Below, in pieces: positions 1 through 10,075 of a stretch of 39,818 nucleotides of DNA. The number at the start of each line of letters is the position of its first letter. Within the stretch, counting starts at the first letter, position 1. A program made the position numbers and the translations under genes. The DNA is from Octopus bimaculoides. Taxonomy: Eukaryota. The notes under the pieces were generated by a model that worked only from the letters and a program-made list of their open reading frames with translations, had not been told where the DNA came from and did not search any database. The stretch spans positions 25,993,008 through 26,032,825 of the forward strand of contig NC_068982.1 in assembly GCF_001194135.2 (NCBI RefSeq), in the 5' to 3' direction.

Positions 1-299
1 AATGGCTGAGCACTCCACAGACACGTGTACCCTTAACGTAGTTCTCGGGGGATATTCAGCATGACACAGTGTGACAAGGCTGACCCTTTGAATTACAGGT
101 ACAACAGAAACAGGAAGTAAGAGTGAGAGAAAGTTGGGGTGAAAGAGTACAGCAGGGTTCACCACCATCCCCTGCCGGAGCCTCGTGGAGTTTTAGGTGT
201 TTTCGCTCAATAAACACTCACAACGCCCGGTCTGGTAATCGAAACCGCGATCCTATGACCGCGAGTCCGCTGCCCTAACCAATGGGCCATTGCGCCTCC
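1..299 (-). mobile_element. tRNA-derived SINE, family A (3' end runs off the window)
   Basis: Minus strand starts GGAGGCGCAATGGCCCATTGGTTAGGGCAGCGGACTCGCGGTCATAGGATCGCGGTTTCGATTACC, with Pol III A-box (TGGCCCATTGG) and B-box-like (GGTTTCGATTACC) motifs followed by a non-tRNA body. Confidence 0.8.
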
Positions 300-304
300 A
301 ATTC

Positions 305-730
305 TCCAGTTCTAATTCTAAAGAAACGCTGACCTCAATCCTACGCATGCGCTTCAGTGAAATTCTATCGTCTGCTACAAAGAATCTCTCCGACATGAAA
401 AGACACTTGTAGCGTACGCTCACTTCCACCAATCTTATAACAATCCAACTAAAATATCTTGTCCCGTCTACTTAACTTGTATTCATTTCAATGAAGACTC
501 GCGTTTCTACGATAGTAAACGATGGTGTATCAATGCAGTTACTTTTCTTCCTGTCTCTTATGAAAACGCTAAGTTCTGACATTTTTCCTACAATCGTCTT
601 TCTAATGCAACGAAATGGTAAGTTCACGTTTCAGCTCTATTTGTTGATATTTTCTTGTTTTAACATTTCTTCCTTCTGAGAATAGTAGATCAAATATCAG
701 ATATATATTCCCGAGTATTTCTAGTCCCAT
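305..730. repeat. Old dispersed repeat, copy 1 (also at 1620-2065 and partially 2535-2702)
   Basis: Shares ATCCTACGCATGCGCTTCAGTGAAATTCTATCGTCTGCTACAAAGAATCTC, AAGTTCTGACATTTTT and CAAATATCAGATATATATTCCCGA with 1620-2065. Confidence 0.8.
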
Positions 731-1394
731 TTCGTCATCGTCATTTTAACATGAGATATATCAAATAAACTTCTTTAAAACACAATATTTATTTCAGACT
801 TGATTAACTTTCGTTAGATATCTGTATCGTATTTGGTAATGACACAAACCGCAGTGATTTTAATACGAATGATGTTAAAATGTTGTAATGTAATAACATT
901 CAAATGTCTTAGATATACATTAAAATAAAAATTTTCTATCGATATTCGAACGTACGATAATTATGGTGAAAATTATAGTCTATCGTACGAGTGAGAAAGC
1001 ACATAAAATTAACCTGTCTGCAAAACTATATGTAAACCCTATTAATATGCTTTCTTATTTGTTCTTACATAAAATAAAAGTAAATTCGCTGTCACTCAAA
1101 TTAATTTTATTTCGTGAGGAAAAAACGGAAAAATTAATTATTCGTCCCGTTCGAAATTGATTTATACACTAACTGAAAAAGTCTTGATTCAACAGACCTA
1201 TGATGAAAGGCATACCAGCCATGAAGAAGTCACCTTTTATTTTTTACCCATTGTATAATGGATGATTATATTATCAAGCGTGTGTTTCGTTTTTTTCTTT
1301 CTTTTCTTTTAAGATGGTAGGAACTACCTTCATGAATATTTCGCTATTTTTTTCCTTTTTCTTTTCTTTGTTGCAAATCAAGCGACTATTTTCA

Positions 1395-2065
1395 GAAACC
1401 AAACATTTCTGACACACACTGAATATGTGTGTGTGTGACAGGCACCACTCTTCATTTATGTTTTATGTAGTGTTTTTGGTACCGAAACACTTTCAAACTT
1501 CGTATACTTGTATATTTTGTGCTAAAGAACAGATAAAAAATGTTGTATTCGAATTTAATTTATGTAAAAAATTGTCGTATTTCGGTAATTTCAATCTAAA
1601 TCTCTTGTCGATCATAATTAGTTCTAACTCTCAAGAAACGCTTACCTTAATCCTACGCATGCGCTTCAGTGAAATTCTATCGTCTGCTACAAAGAATCTC
1701 CTCGACATGAAAAGACGCTAAGGCAGCTCACATCTCATCAATTTTATAACAGCTCAAATAAATGGCATGTTTTGTCTTCTTAACATACATTAATTTCTAT
1801 AAAAATTCACGCTTCTGCATAAGAATATCGATGGTGTACCAATGCAGTTGCTTTTCTCCCCAACTCTTATCAAAACACAAAGTTCTGACATTTTTCATAC
1901 AATCGTCTATCTAATGCTGAAACGTCAACAATGTACGGAAATGATGAGTTTACATTTTAGTCGTATTTGTTGATTTTGTTTTCTGGTTTTGTGTTCATTT
2001 TCCTAAATACTCATGTCGACCAAATATCAGATATATATTCCCGAATATTGTCATGAGATCTTACA
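1395..2065. repeat. Old dispersed repeat, copy 2; its 5' part is homologous to the left arm of the 5865-6962 element
   Basis: 1440-1600 aligns by eye to 5885-6040 (AAACTTCGTATACTTGTATATTTTGT...TTGTCGTATTTCGGTAATTTCAA), and 1620-2065 aligns to 305-730. Confidence 0.75.
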
Positions 2066-2084
2066 TTAAATAATTATCCGTCTC

Positions 2085-2488
2085 TTACTCTCTCTTTTAC
2101 TCGTTTCAGTCTGTTGACTGTGGCCATGCTGGAGCACCGCCTTTAGTCGAGCAAATCGACTCTAGGACTTATTCTTTGGTAGCCTAGTACTTATTCTATC
2201 GGTCTCGTTTGCCGGACCGCTAAGTTACGGGGACGTAAACACACCACCATCGGTTGTCAAGCGATGTTGGGGGGGACAAACACACACACAAACACATGCC
2301 CATACATATATACATATACATATATACGACGGGCTTCTTTCAGTTTCCGTCTACCAAATCCACTCAAGGCTTTGGTCGGCCCGAAGCTATAGTAGAAGAC
2401 ACTTGCCCAAGATGCCACGCAGTGGGACTGAACCCAGAACCATGTGGTTGGTATGCAAGTTACTAACCACACAGCCACTCCTACGCCT
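2085..2488 (-). mobile_element. tRNA-derived SINE, family B (CORE-like), near full length
   Basis: Minus-strand head AGGCGTAGGAGTGGCTGTGTGGTT...GGTTCAGTCCC, then a MIR/CORE-like CTTGGGCAAGT block, an internal TA/TG microsatellite and the tail GGCGGTGCTCCAGCATGGCCACAGTC. Several other copies occur in the window. Confidence 0.9.
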
Positions 2489-2699
2489 AATGTCGTACAT
2501 TATATTATATAATTTTTTTTATGTCAACTTTATAACTAATATCGTAACATTAACGATGTACGAAACAGTGAGCTTATTTGTCGGTTTTGCTATCTTATTT
2601 TGTATTCATTTTTATGAAAACTCATGTTTGAAATTTCTTCCTTCAGCGAACAATACACCAAATATCAAATATATATTCCAGAGAATTGTCGTAAGATCT

Positions 2700-2760
2700 T
2701 ACTTTGTATAGTTGTCTGTCGTACTTTGTATAGTTGTCTGTCGTACTTTGTATAGTTGTC
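2700..2760. repeat. 22-bp tandem repeat (TACTTTGTATAGTTGTCTGTCG) x ~2.8
   Basis: Identical units are directly visible with no spacers. Confidence 0.95.
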
Positions 2761-3040
2761 TTACGGGGACGTAAACACACCAGCATCGGTTGTCAAGCGA
2801 AGTTGGGGGGACAAACATAGACACACAAACATATACACACACATACATATATATATATATACATATACATATATACGACGGGCTTCTTTCAGTTTCCATC
2901 TACCAAATCCACCCACAAGGCTTTGGTCGGCCCGAGGCTATAGTAGAAGACACTTGCCCAAGGTGCCATGCAGTAGGACTGAACCTGGAACCATGTGGTT
3001 GGTAAGCAAGCTACTTACCACACAGCCACTCCTGTGCCTA
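2761..3040 (-). mobile_element. SINE family B, 3'-truncated
   Basis: Highly similar to 2225-2488 and lacks the terminal tail. Confidence 0.9.
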
Positions 3041-3041
3041 T

Positions 3042-3546
3042 ATTGATAAACATTTATAGACAATACTTCTACTCCTCAGAGATATAAAATGTGCATCGAT
3101 AATAGTGTTAATGTCTCCTAACACAACTAATGAACACAATGTGCCGAGAAATTTCTCCAAATCTTGATAATAATCAGTCTGTCCCAAGTTGGGTGCATAA
3201 ACAGCAACTAGTCTGATTTCCTTACCACAACTGAACGTCAAATCCAAGATGACCAGGCTACCTTCCGGATCAGAAAAAGAATCAACAATTTCTCTGAAAC
3301 CCGGTTCCTTTTTAATAGGACCAGCACCCCACCCCCGCCCATTGGCCGGCCTGGAGAATAGAATCTTTCATAACCATCCAGGAGCGGGAGCAGATCTCTT
3401 GGCCCTCTCAACCAGGTTTCAGTAGCAACAATAACATCCAACCTAAGTGACCTGATGTCATTTAGGAAATGCCCTTGCTTCCAGCTCGACATCAGGCCAC
3501 GTACATTTAAACATCGTACGAGAACAGCTATAAAAGGACTTACCTT
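3042..3546 (-). pseudogene. LINE ORF2 APE endonuclease N-terminal half
   Basis: CLNVRGLMSSWKQGHFLNDIRSLRLDVIVATETW...GGGGVLVLLK, then after a frameshift IRLVAVYAPN...LVVLGDINTIID. Confidence 0.85.
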
Positions 3547-4927
3547 TTATTCAGTGTCTGGAGGCAGGGGGGAATCCGCTTCCTCCTCTTTCTCCCGAGC
3601 TCGAGGAGTCGGATCAATGAGGCCCTCATAGATTTTAGGGGTAATGTCCATTCTTAGAGGGCCTACATCTTTTCTAAAATTGTCTGAATGAATGTTATAA
3701 GTCATTATGTTCGTTGCATAAATTTCATATCCTTCCTTAGGATTTTCCATTTCCACCCTCTCTGCATGGATAGTTACTGGGCGGTTCACCAAGTCTCTAT
3801 TTGAAACCCGAACCACCATGGAGCAACTCTCCTTCTCTTTTACTTTTCCGGGCTTTTTCACCTTTTTGTAAAGTCTATTTTCATTTTTTTCATTTTTCTG
3901 GGGAGGGTGGTTTCATTTTCCTTTTGTTCTGTACTGAAGACCACCCCTCCCCTTCTTTGATTTCCACCACTGCTTCCCTTGGTGATTCAGTTGATGTTCC
4001 TGCGTTCTCTTCCTGGGTCTGCTTCTCTGCTTTTTTTTTTCTTCTCTGGGGTCTTGCAGTCCGCTCTGATGTAGCCCTTCCTTCCACATTGGAAGCATTG
4101 AGGTTGGCGACACCATTATCACCACCAGATGGGTCTCACCAACCATCACAATTTCTGGAATCTCTTCCAATGTTGTTTGTTCAGCTTGCAAGATGATCCT
4201 GACACTCTGGCCATGCCATTTCCTCAGCTCCATCACAGCAGCATCCAACAGGGTTATTCTTTCCTCTAACCTCATTGTCACTGCTCTGACCAGCCACTCT
4301 GCGTCCACTTCAGGGGGAATGTTATTTATATTCACCCTGGATGTTCTCCTGCCCATGTATATGGGCAAGAGTACTACCTCCTCCATTCTCAAAGGGTCTG
4401 CTGAATGGAGCCTAGCTTCTTCTTTTGACTCCATTTGGACCTCTACCGTCGCGAATGTTTTACCTCTAGTGAGGTATTTTATTTTGTGCCATATTGGCTT
4501 CAGACACCTATCCACCACATAGTCAATTTTCTTTTCCTTGACCTTGAATGTCTTGAAGATAATTGTCTTCTTCTCCAAATCCTCTTTTATGCTTTTTGGA
4601 GGGGCTACTTTAATTTCGTTACCCTCCCTTGCAAACATTTTCTTATGCTCCTCCATGATCTCTAAATTTATCTTCTTAACCTTGGCTCCTGCTGCCGCAT
4701 TGAAGTCCAATTTTTCTCTTCTTCCTTCTTGATTTTCACCTGTCATCAGGCTTGGTGATTCAATGTTTCTTCTGATATTTCTCTTTGTCAGCTTTCTTTG
4801 CTACTCCTTTCCTGTTGGGTGTTTCTGCAGGTGAGCTGCTCCTGCTTATTGGTCGGAATTCCTCTTCTGATGTTTCTGAAAGACACAGTTCCACTACTCT
4901 TTCCATTCCTTTACTAATCTCCTCCAT
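3547..4927 (-). pseudogene. LINE ORF1 (gag-like), several frameshifts
   Basis: Joins MEEISKGMERVV (4927), track ORFs 4746-3913, 4087-3890 and 3861-3547. A frameshifted CFQCGRKGYIRADC at 4097-4056 is a CX2CX4HX4C knuckle with His replaced by Tyr. Confidence 0.75.
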
Positions 4928-4991
4928 AATGGGTTGCTCCTCCAGAGCAGACTTAATAACAGTTAATTCCCCCGTACGGGGGAACTAATAA

Positions 4992-5047
4992 CAACTGGTA
5001 CTTATGTTATAGACTCTGGATGGATGAGAAATAAAGTCGACCTCGCC
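4992..5047 (-). mobile_element. SINE family C fragment abutting the LINE 5' end
   Basis: GGCGAGGTCGACTTT...AAGTACCAGTTG matches the middle of the copies at 22879-23095 and 38131-38344. Confidence 0.6.
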
Positions 5048-6206
5048 TTATCTCTAAAGATTAAGATAGGGGTCATTTAAAACTGAAAGTATTGCTATTT
5101 AAATTCGCATCAGCCCTGCTCTATTAGAGGTATGATCAAGGATATCCTAGCCATGACTAACTCTTTATTGAATTCAACATAACTGTCCTCTCCGTTTTAC
5201 AATGTTAAGTTGTTATTTAAAGAAAACTGGCTGCTACTTCTACCAGATTAGGCGACCATTAAAGGTCTATTAGATTTAAGATGTGTCCGAGTGTACATGT
5301 ATTCAGAGAGGGTAGCTGCAGATATTGTAGGAAGTTAATACATATAAGTATATAAGCATATATGTACTTACATATATATTTATGCACGTATATATGATTT
5401 TATGCATTTGTGTAAGTATGTATGTATGTGAATATGACTACGCGAAGGTGTTAAATTACACACAAGCATACGTGTACACACACACACACACACAAGCACA
5501 CGTGTACACACACACACACACACACATACAAACCATTTGAATGCATAAACGTCACCACCATCACCACAATTATCATCATTCACTTACAGTAATAGCAATA
5601 ATTATCTTTCCCCTCCTCCGCTTCTTTCCTTCTCTTCCCGCTCCTCCTTCTCCTCCTTTAAACAATCGTTGATGGGAAATGATGTAAACGAGCCAATTAA
5701 GATAGTAATAACATAAGAGAGCTGAGCTTTTTCTTGGCGCCAATTTTAGTAAACAATTGCACCAGCAGCCACAAAGACACCGAAAGTAACAACAACAATG
5801 AGATCTTGTTGTGAGCCTGTACCTGTTAGAAATAGCAACCAATTTCCCTCGAATCACATATTAAGGATCTTTCTGATTTGGCGGACACCATTTTTTATTT
5901 ATGTTTTATTTAGTGTGTTTTCTACCGAAACATTTTAAAACTTCGTATACTTGTATATTTTGTCTTATAGAACAGAGAAAAATTTTGATATTCGAAGTTA
6001 TTTCATGTTAAAAGTTGTCGTATTTCGGTAATTTCAACCAATCACTGACGTCTATTGAGGTGAAAACAATTACTGCTGTGGATTGTCAACAAAACGTTGT
6101 GCGGTGTAATGGGATCTTTTCCCGTGAATAAAATTAGTGCCGTTGTTTGTCAACAACAACTATCGGCGGTACTGTTATTTATGACATCGTTCGTGCGTTT
6201 GTACTG

Positions 6207-6670
6207 NNNNNNNNNNNNNNNNNNNNNNNNNNNNNNNNNNNNNNNNNNNNNNNNNNNNNNNNNNNNNNNNNNNNNNNNNNNNNNNNNNNNNNNNNNNNNN
6301 NNNNNNNNNNNNNNNNNNNNNNNNNNNNNNNNNNNNNNNNNNNNNNNNNNNNNNNNNNNNNNNNNNNNNNNNNNNNNNNNNNNNNNNNNNNNNNNNNNNN
6401 NNNNNNNNNNNNNNNNNNNNNNNNNNNNNNNNNNNNNNNNNNNNNNNNNNNNNNNNNNNNNNNNNNNNNNNNNNNNNNNNNNNNNNNNNNNNNNNNNNNN
6501 NNNNNNNNNNNNNNNNNNNNNNNNNNNNNNNNNNNNNNNNNNNNNNNNNNNNNNNNNNNNNNNNNNNNNNNNNNNNNNNNNNNNNNNNNNNNNNNNNNNN
6601 NNNNNNNNNNNNNNNNNNNNNNNNNNNNNNNNNNNNNNNNNNNNNNNNNNNNNNNNNNNNNNNNNNNNNN
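6207..6670. other. Assembly gap; others at 8821-9000, 10962-11301, 14576-15059, 19870-20108, 34496-35062
   Basis: Runs of N, mostly flanked by microsatellites or repeats. Confidence 1.
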
Positions 6671-6723
6671 CCCTAACCCTAACCCTAGGGTTAGGTTTAG
6701 GGTTAGAGTTAGAGTTAGGGTTA
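6671..6723. repeat. Interstitial telomeric-type repeat (CCCTAA)n(TTAGGG/TTAGAG)n
   Basis: CCCTAACCCTAACCCTAGGGTTAGGTTTAGGGTTAGAGTTAGAGTTAGGGTTA immediately after an N-gap. Confidence 0.9.
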
Positions 6724-7211
6724 ATTGTTTCAGAATCGTTTGTTTATGTAGTCGGCACTTAATGTATATCGGCTGAATGGACGTCAGTGATTGGTTGAAA
6801 TTACAGAAATACGACAACTTTAACATGGAATAATTTATGGATTTCGTTTTTTTTTAAGAAGACTAAGAGAGAAAGATGTTTTATATGACACATTCTACCA
6901 GTGTTCCAAGTTTCAAAGTGTTTCGTTAATGAAAAATGTGGCCCCCGTTTTAAAAAAGATCCGATATATTAGAATAAGCAGAACAAGTAAAATATTTGTT
7001 TTGTGGAATAATGAGTAGTAACAGACAAAGTATTATTGTACGTTCAGATGTTGGGAAGTTTGTGTTAAAAAGTCTGTATGTTTACATATTAGAGGGTAAA
7101 ATTTTCACATGAAATTGTGGATATTAAAGTTTTTAAAGTTTCAAGGATGTGTGTTGAGGTTATGGGTATTTGGTTGTTTGATTATAAACGAATGGTTATT
7201 TGGAAATCAGT

Positions 7212-7330
7212 CAAAACTGTACCAGGGCTAAAAATAGTTACAAAGCTGGCCCAAGGCTAAAAATAGTTGCAAAACTGGCCCAAGGCTAAAAATAGTTGCA
7301 AAACTGGCTCAGGGCTAAAAATTGTTACAA
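7212..7330. repeat. 29-bp minisatellite x ~4
   Basis: GGCTAAAAATAGTTGCAAAACTGGCCCAA units start at 7226, 7255, 7284 and 7313. Confidence 0.95.
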
Positions 7331-8504
7331 GGGAAATAGGTAATATTTACAAGTTTACCGAGAAATGAAGTGATTCATTAAAAATATTTACTGTTAAAAG
7401 TTTTCGTTGATTTGCGTTGTTTATATAAACTTATCTGATACAAGGGAGATAAATCTCCTTCATATGATTCTGCTTCACTTTTCATACGACAAAACCTATG
7501 GATATATTGGGGAAGATTGTAAGTGAAATTCATGCTTTTCTAACGATATTTCTAACAATGGATAAAGGAAATATTATGGACAGAAATAGCGAAATGCGTT
7601 GTAGACTTGAACACCTTTGAATTTAACACTGTTACTTACTGGTTACAATAAACAATTTTAAAAGTATCTAAGGGAAATAATTTGAGCACAAGCAGAATAG
7701 AAGTTGTCTACCTTGGAATTTTTAATGATACTGGTAGAGGTTAGTGAAGATTGCTTTACAATCCAAGATCCATATTTGATGCTATGTTTGCTGTTGGTTA
7801 GCCCTAGGTCAGTCCTAATCAAGTGTACATATGATCAACAATATTCCAGATGTGACCATCCTTCATTTCCACCTAAACTGTAACTTATAGCACACTATCT
7901 AATGTGTTATTTCTTTTTAGAGTTTCTATGAGGTGATTGAATGAGATTTCGTTGCGATTCCTACCATGATGAGTGACCATTTATGACTACTTTTGTAATT
8001 TAACTAAAATGTAGTCTTCATACGCAGTCGAATCAATGATAACTTCTCTGGTAATATTAGGTATAAATGGAATTACAATAGACGAAGCAAAACTTCAGTT
8101 GCATCTTCAGTTTTACACTCGGGAAGGCATTATCGTTACAACTTTAAAACACTCTCAAATACGCAACCCCAACACATACACATGCATACACAGCTCGACA
8201 TAAGGTACAGACGAGGGCAGCAGAATCAAACTCCCTCATTCACCAAATGGGTCAAGAGCTAGGACAAATGCATATACAAGAGTGGTAATGTGAAACACCC
8301 CAGACTGAGGAAATCAGCAAGACCACGGTGATGCTCCAGCATGACCGCAGCCGTATGGGTGGAGTTGCTTGTCTCCCCCTCGTAAACATAAGGACACAGG
8401 AATTGTGTCAAGGCCGACAGGAAGCAGTGCAGCTTCCTAGGACTAAATAGCAGTGGCATGATTCCCTTCTTGGGACTGTCACGTTAAGTTGACAACACAA
8501 CTAC

Positions 8505-8820
8505 TGTATATATATATGGGAGAATGTACGAAAAAACAACAACAGACGAGGACAGGTGGTGTAAATAACAAAAGGATGTATTAGTATGACGCTCGGGAAT
8601 ACGGAAAGTCTTTGACGTTTCTAGCTACGCTCTTCAACAGAAAGAATACGGAGACAAGGAGAAAAAAAATTGAATAGTGTTCAGTCAACGGTCAATCATA
8701 GTAATGGCTGACCAGAAGTTAGAAATTTTTTTTCAGGAGAGCTAAGAAAAGGGGGAGAAAGAACGGTGATCGAAGAACGAGGGGCTGTGTGTGTGGGAGA
8801 TAGAATGCTGGTGATCTTGA
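8505..8820 (-). mobile_element. Penelope-like pLTR-type repeat
   Basis: Contains a degenerate CTGNTGA-stemII-GAAACGTC motif of the kind found in PLE terminal repeats. It is truncated by a gap. Confidence 0.45.
8609..8645 (-). ncRNA. Degenerate minimal type-I hammerhead ribozyme motif
   Basis: Minus strand TCTTT-CTGTTGA-A-GAGC-GTA-GCTA-GAAAC-GTC-AAAGA: stem I TCTTT/AAAGA, core CUGANGA with A6 changed to U, imperfect stem II, GAAA and a GUC cleavage triplet. Confidence 0.5.
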
Positions 8821-9000
8821 NNNNNNNNNNNNNNNNNNNNNNNNNNNNNNNNNNNNNNNNNNNNNNNNNNNNNNNNNNNNNNNNNNNNNNNNNNNNNNNN
8901 NNNNNNNNNNNNNNNNNNNNNNNNNNNNNNNNNNNNNNNNNNNNNNNNNNNNNNNNNNNNNNNNNNNNNNNNNNNNNNNNNNNNNNNNNNNNNNNNNNNN

Positions 9001-10075
9001 AAGCAAACAGACACCTTTAATTTTCAAAATTTCTGATCTGAGCGTCTTAATATGTTTTCAGCGGTGTAGAATTTACAATGTAATTATTTTTTTTCATTCC
9101 AGATGGCATTATATTAAACATTTGCGAAGAGTAACCGTGTCACGCACAAAATATTCAGCAGAACTGTCAGATTTTCAAAGAGGTCGTATTGTTGGGCAAT
9201 CTGAGGCTGGTTTAGCCAGCGAAAAATTGCTGAAAATCTTCAAATTCCTCTTGCTACTGTTAATAGAATTATAGTGCAATTCAAAAGCCAAGGAAAAGAA
9301 TCAGCAGATTCTTGTCCCGGCCGACTTGGGCCCTCGGAAAGGAGGCTTCGCTTGTTGAAGAGAATTGTGGAAAACGAACCCGGTTTGAAGGCTTCTGACA
9401 TTGCAAAACGGCTAGAAGTTAGTCCAAGAACGTGTGTTACATATCTGCACAAGCATCGGTATTATGGACGAGCAGCTAGAAGAAAACCTCTCCTGCAACC
9501 AATTAATATCATGAAAAGAAAGAAATGGGCTAAGGAGATGTCTGAAAAATACATCGAAATACTTAAGCAAGGAGTACTTCCGATGATTTCACACGATAAC
9601 ATAACGAAAAATGAGTTTTTATTCATTTAAGATGGGGCTCAATGCCACACAACGAAAAGGAATCAACAATGGCTGACTGAAAATGGGATCAAAAAGCTTC
9701 CTTGGCCGAGCCAATCTCCTGACATGAACCCAATTGAAAATCCTTGGAGCATACTAGATACAACATTGTGAAAATCTCGACAGAAACCTAAATCTAAAGA
9801 TGAATTGTTTCGATTGTCGTGTGAAAAGTGGGCAGAAATTCCACAAGAGATAATCACAAAGCTCATCAGCTCAATGCCAAAAAGAGTTTCTGAATTAAAA
9901 TCTGCAAAGGGAATGTCGACTAAATACTAAAGTATGTAGTCCTACCTATCGATTACATTTCAATTGTTCGCTTTGCTTATTAAATAAGGGATTTTGAAAA
10001 TTAAAGGTGTATAAGAATTGTTTCCGGAATTTGGCGCGCCAGAGCTGAAACATTTTGAAAATTAACCCCAATGTA
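9001..10075 (+). mobile_element. Tc1 (DD34E) DNA transposon, internally deleted
   Basis: Inverted repeat ACACCTTTAATTTTCAAAAT (9011-9030) / ATTTTGAAAATTAAAGGTGT (9991-10010) flanks a transposase pseudogene. The left terminus falls in the gap. Confidence 0.9.
9137..9930 (+). pseudogene. Tc1 transposase pseudogene
   Basis: Paired-like HTH (ELSDFQRGRIVG...[16 protein letters not shown]), ARRKPLL, then DGAQCH...WPSQSPDMNPIE with 34 residues between D and E, ending SMPKRV...GMSTKY*. It has a frameshift and stops, and the SDES (first D) block is deleted. Confidence 0.9.

Larger units (their letters stand above)
3042..4990 (-). mobile_element. Tx1/L1-clade LINE remnant: ORF1 plus N-terminal APE endonuclease, 3'-truncated
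   Basis: A frameshifted ORF1 with a zinc knuckle is followed by APE motifs LNVRGL, DVIVATET, VAVYAP and LGDIN. No RT follows. Confidence 0.85.
5865..6962. mobile_element. Non-autonomous inverted-repeat element with telomeric (TTAGGG-like) core, interrupted by a gap
   Basis: Termini are GGATCTTT / AAAGATCC. A subterminal IR at 5998-6052 vs 6780-6833 is ~55 bp with 3 differences. CCCTAA/TTAGGG repeats lie at 6671-6723. Confidence 0.65.

Noticed and set aside
226-299. tRNA gene
   Set aside because: A and B boxes are present, but there is no proper acceptor stem or terminator and it continues into a SINE body. The same applies to the family B and C heads.
2700-2760. CRISPR-like array (also 7212-7330 and 25283-25340)
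   Set aside because: These are tandem units without unique spacers, in a eukaryotic context.
3801-4988. Plus-strand ORFs opposite the Tx1 ORF1, and plus-strand ORFs over the RTE element (28376-30422)
   Set aside because: They are antisense shadows of transposon coding sequence with no independent motifs.
5588-5822. Minus-strand exon (acceptor TTCTAACAG, donor GTAAGT)
   Set aside because: The only fully open frame gives low-complexity, implausible protein, and the other frames hit stops. A non-coding exon cannot be excluded without RNA data.
6671-6723. Ancient telomere-telomere fusion site
   Set aside because: A fusion gives TTAGGG then CCCTAA. The order here is the reverse, the tract is short, and it lies within an inverted-repeat element next to a gap.
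6097-6826. Long ORFs spanning N-gaps (also 8719-9027, 10821-11381, 14474-15128, 19781-20178, 34422-35099)
   Set aside because: They are open only because N codons contain no stops.
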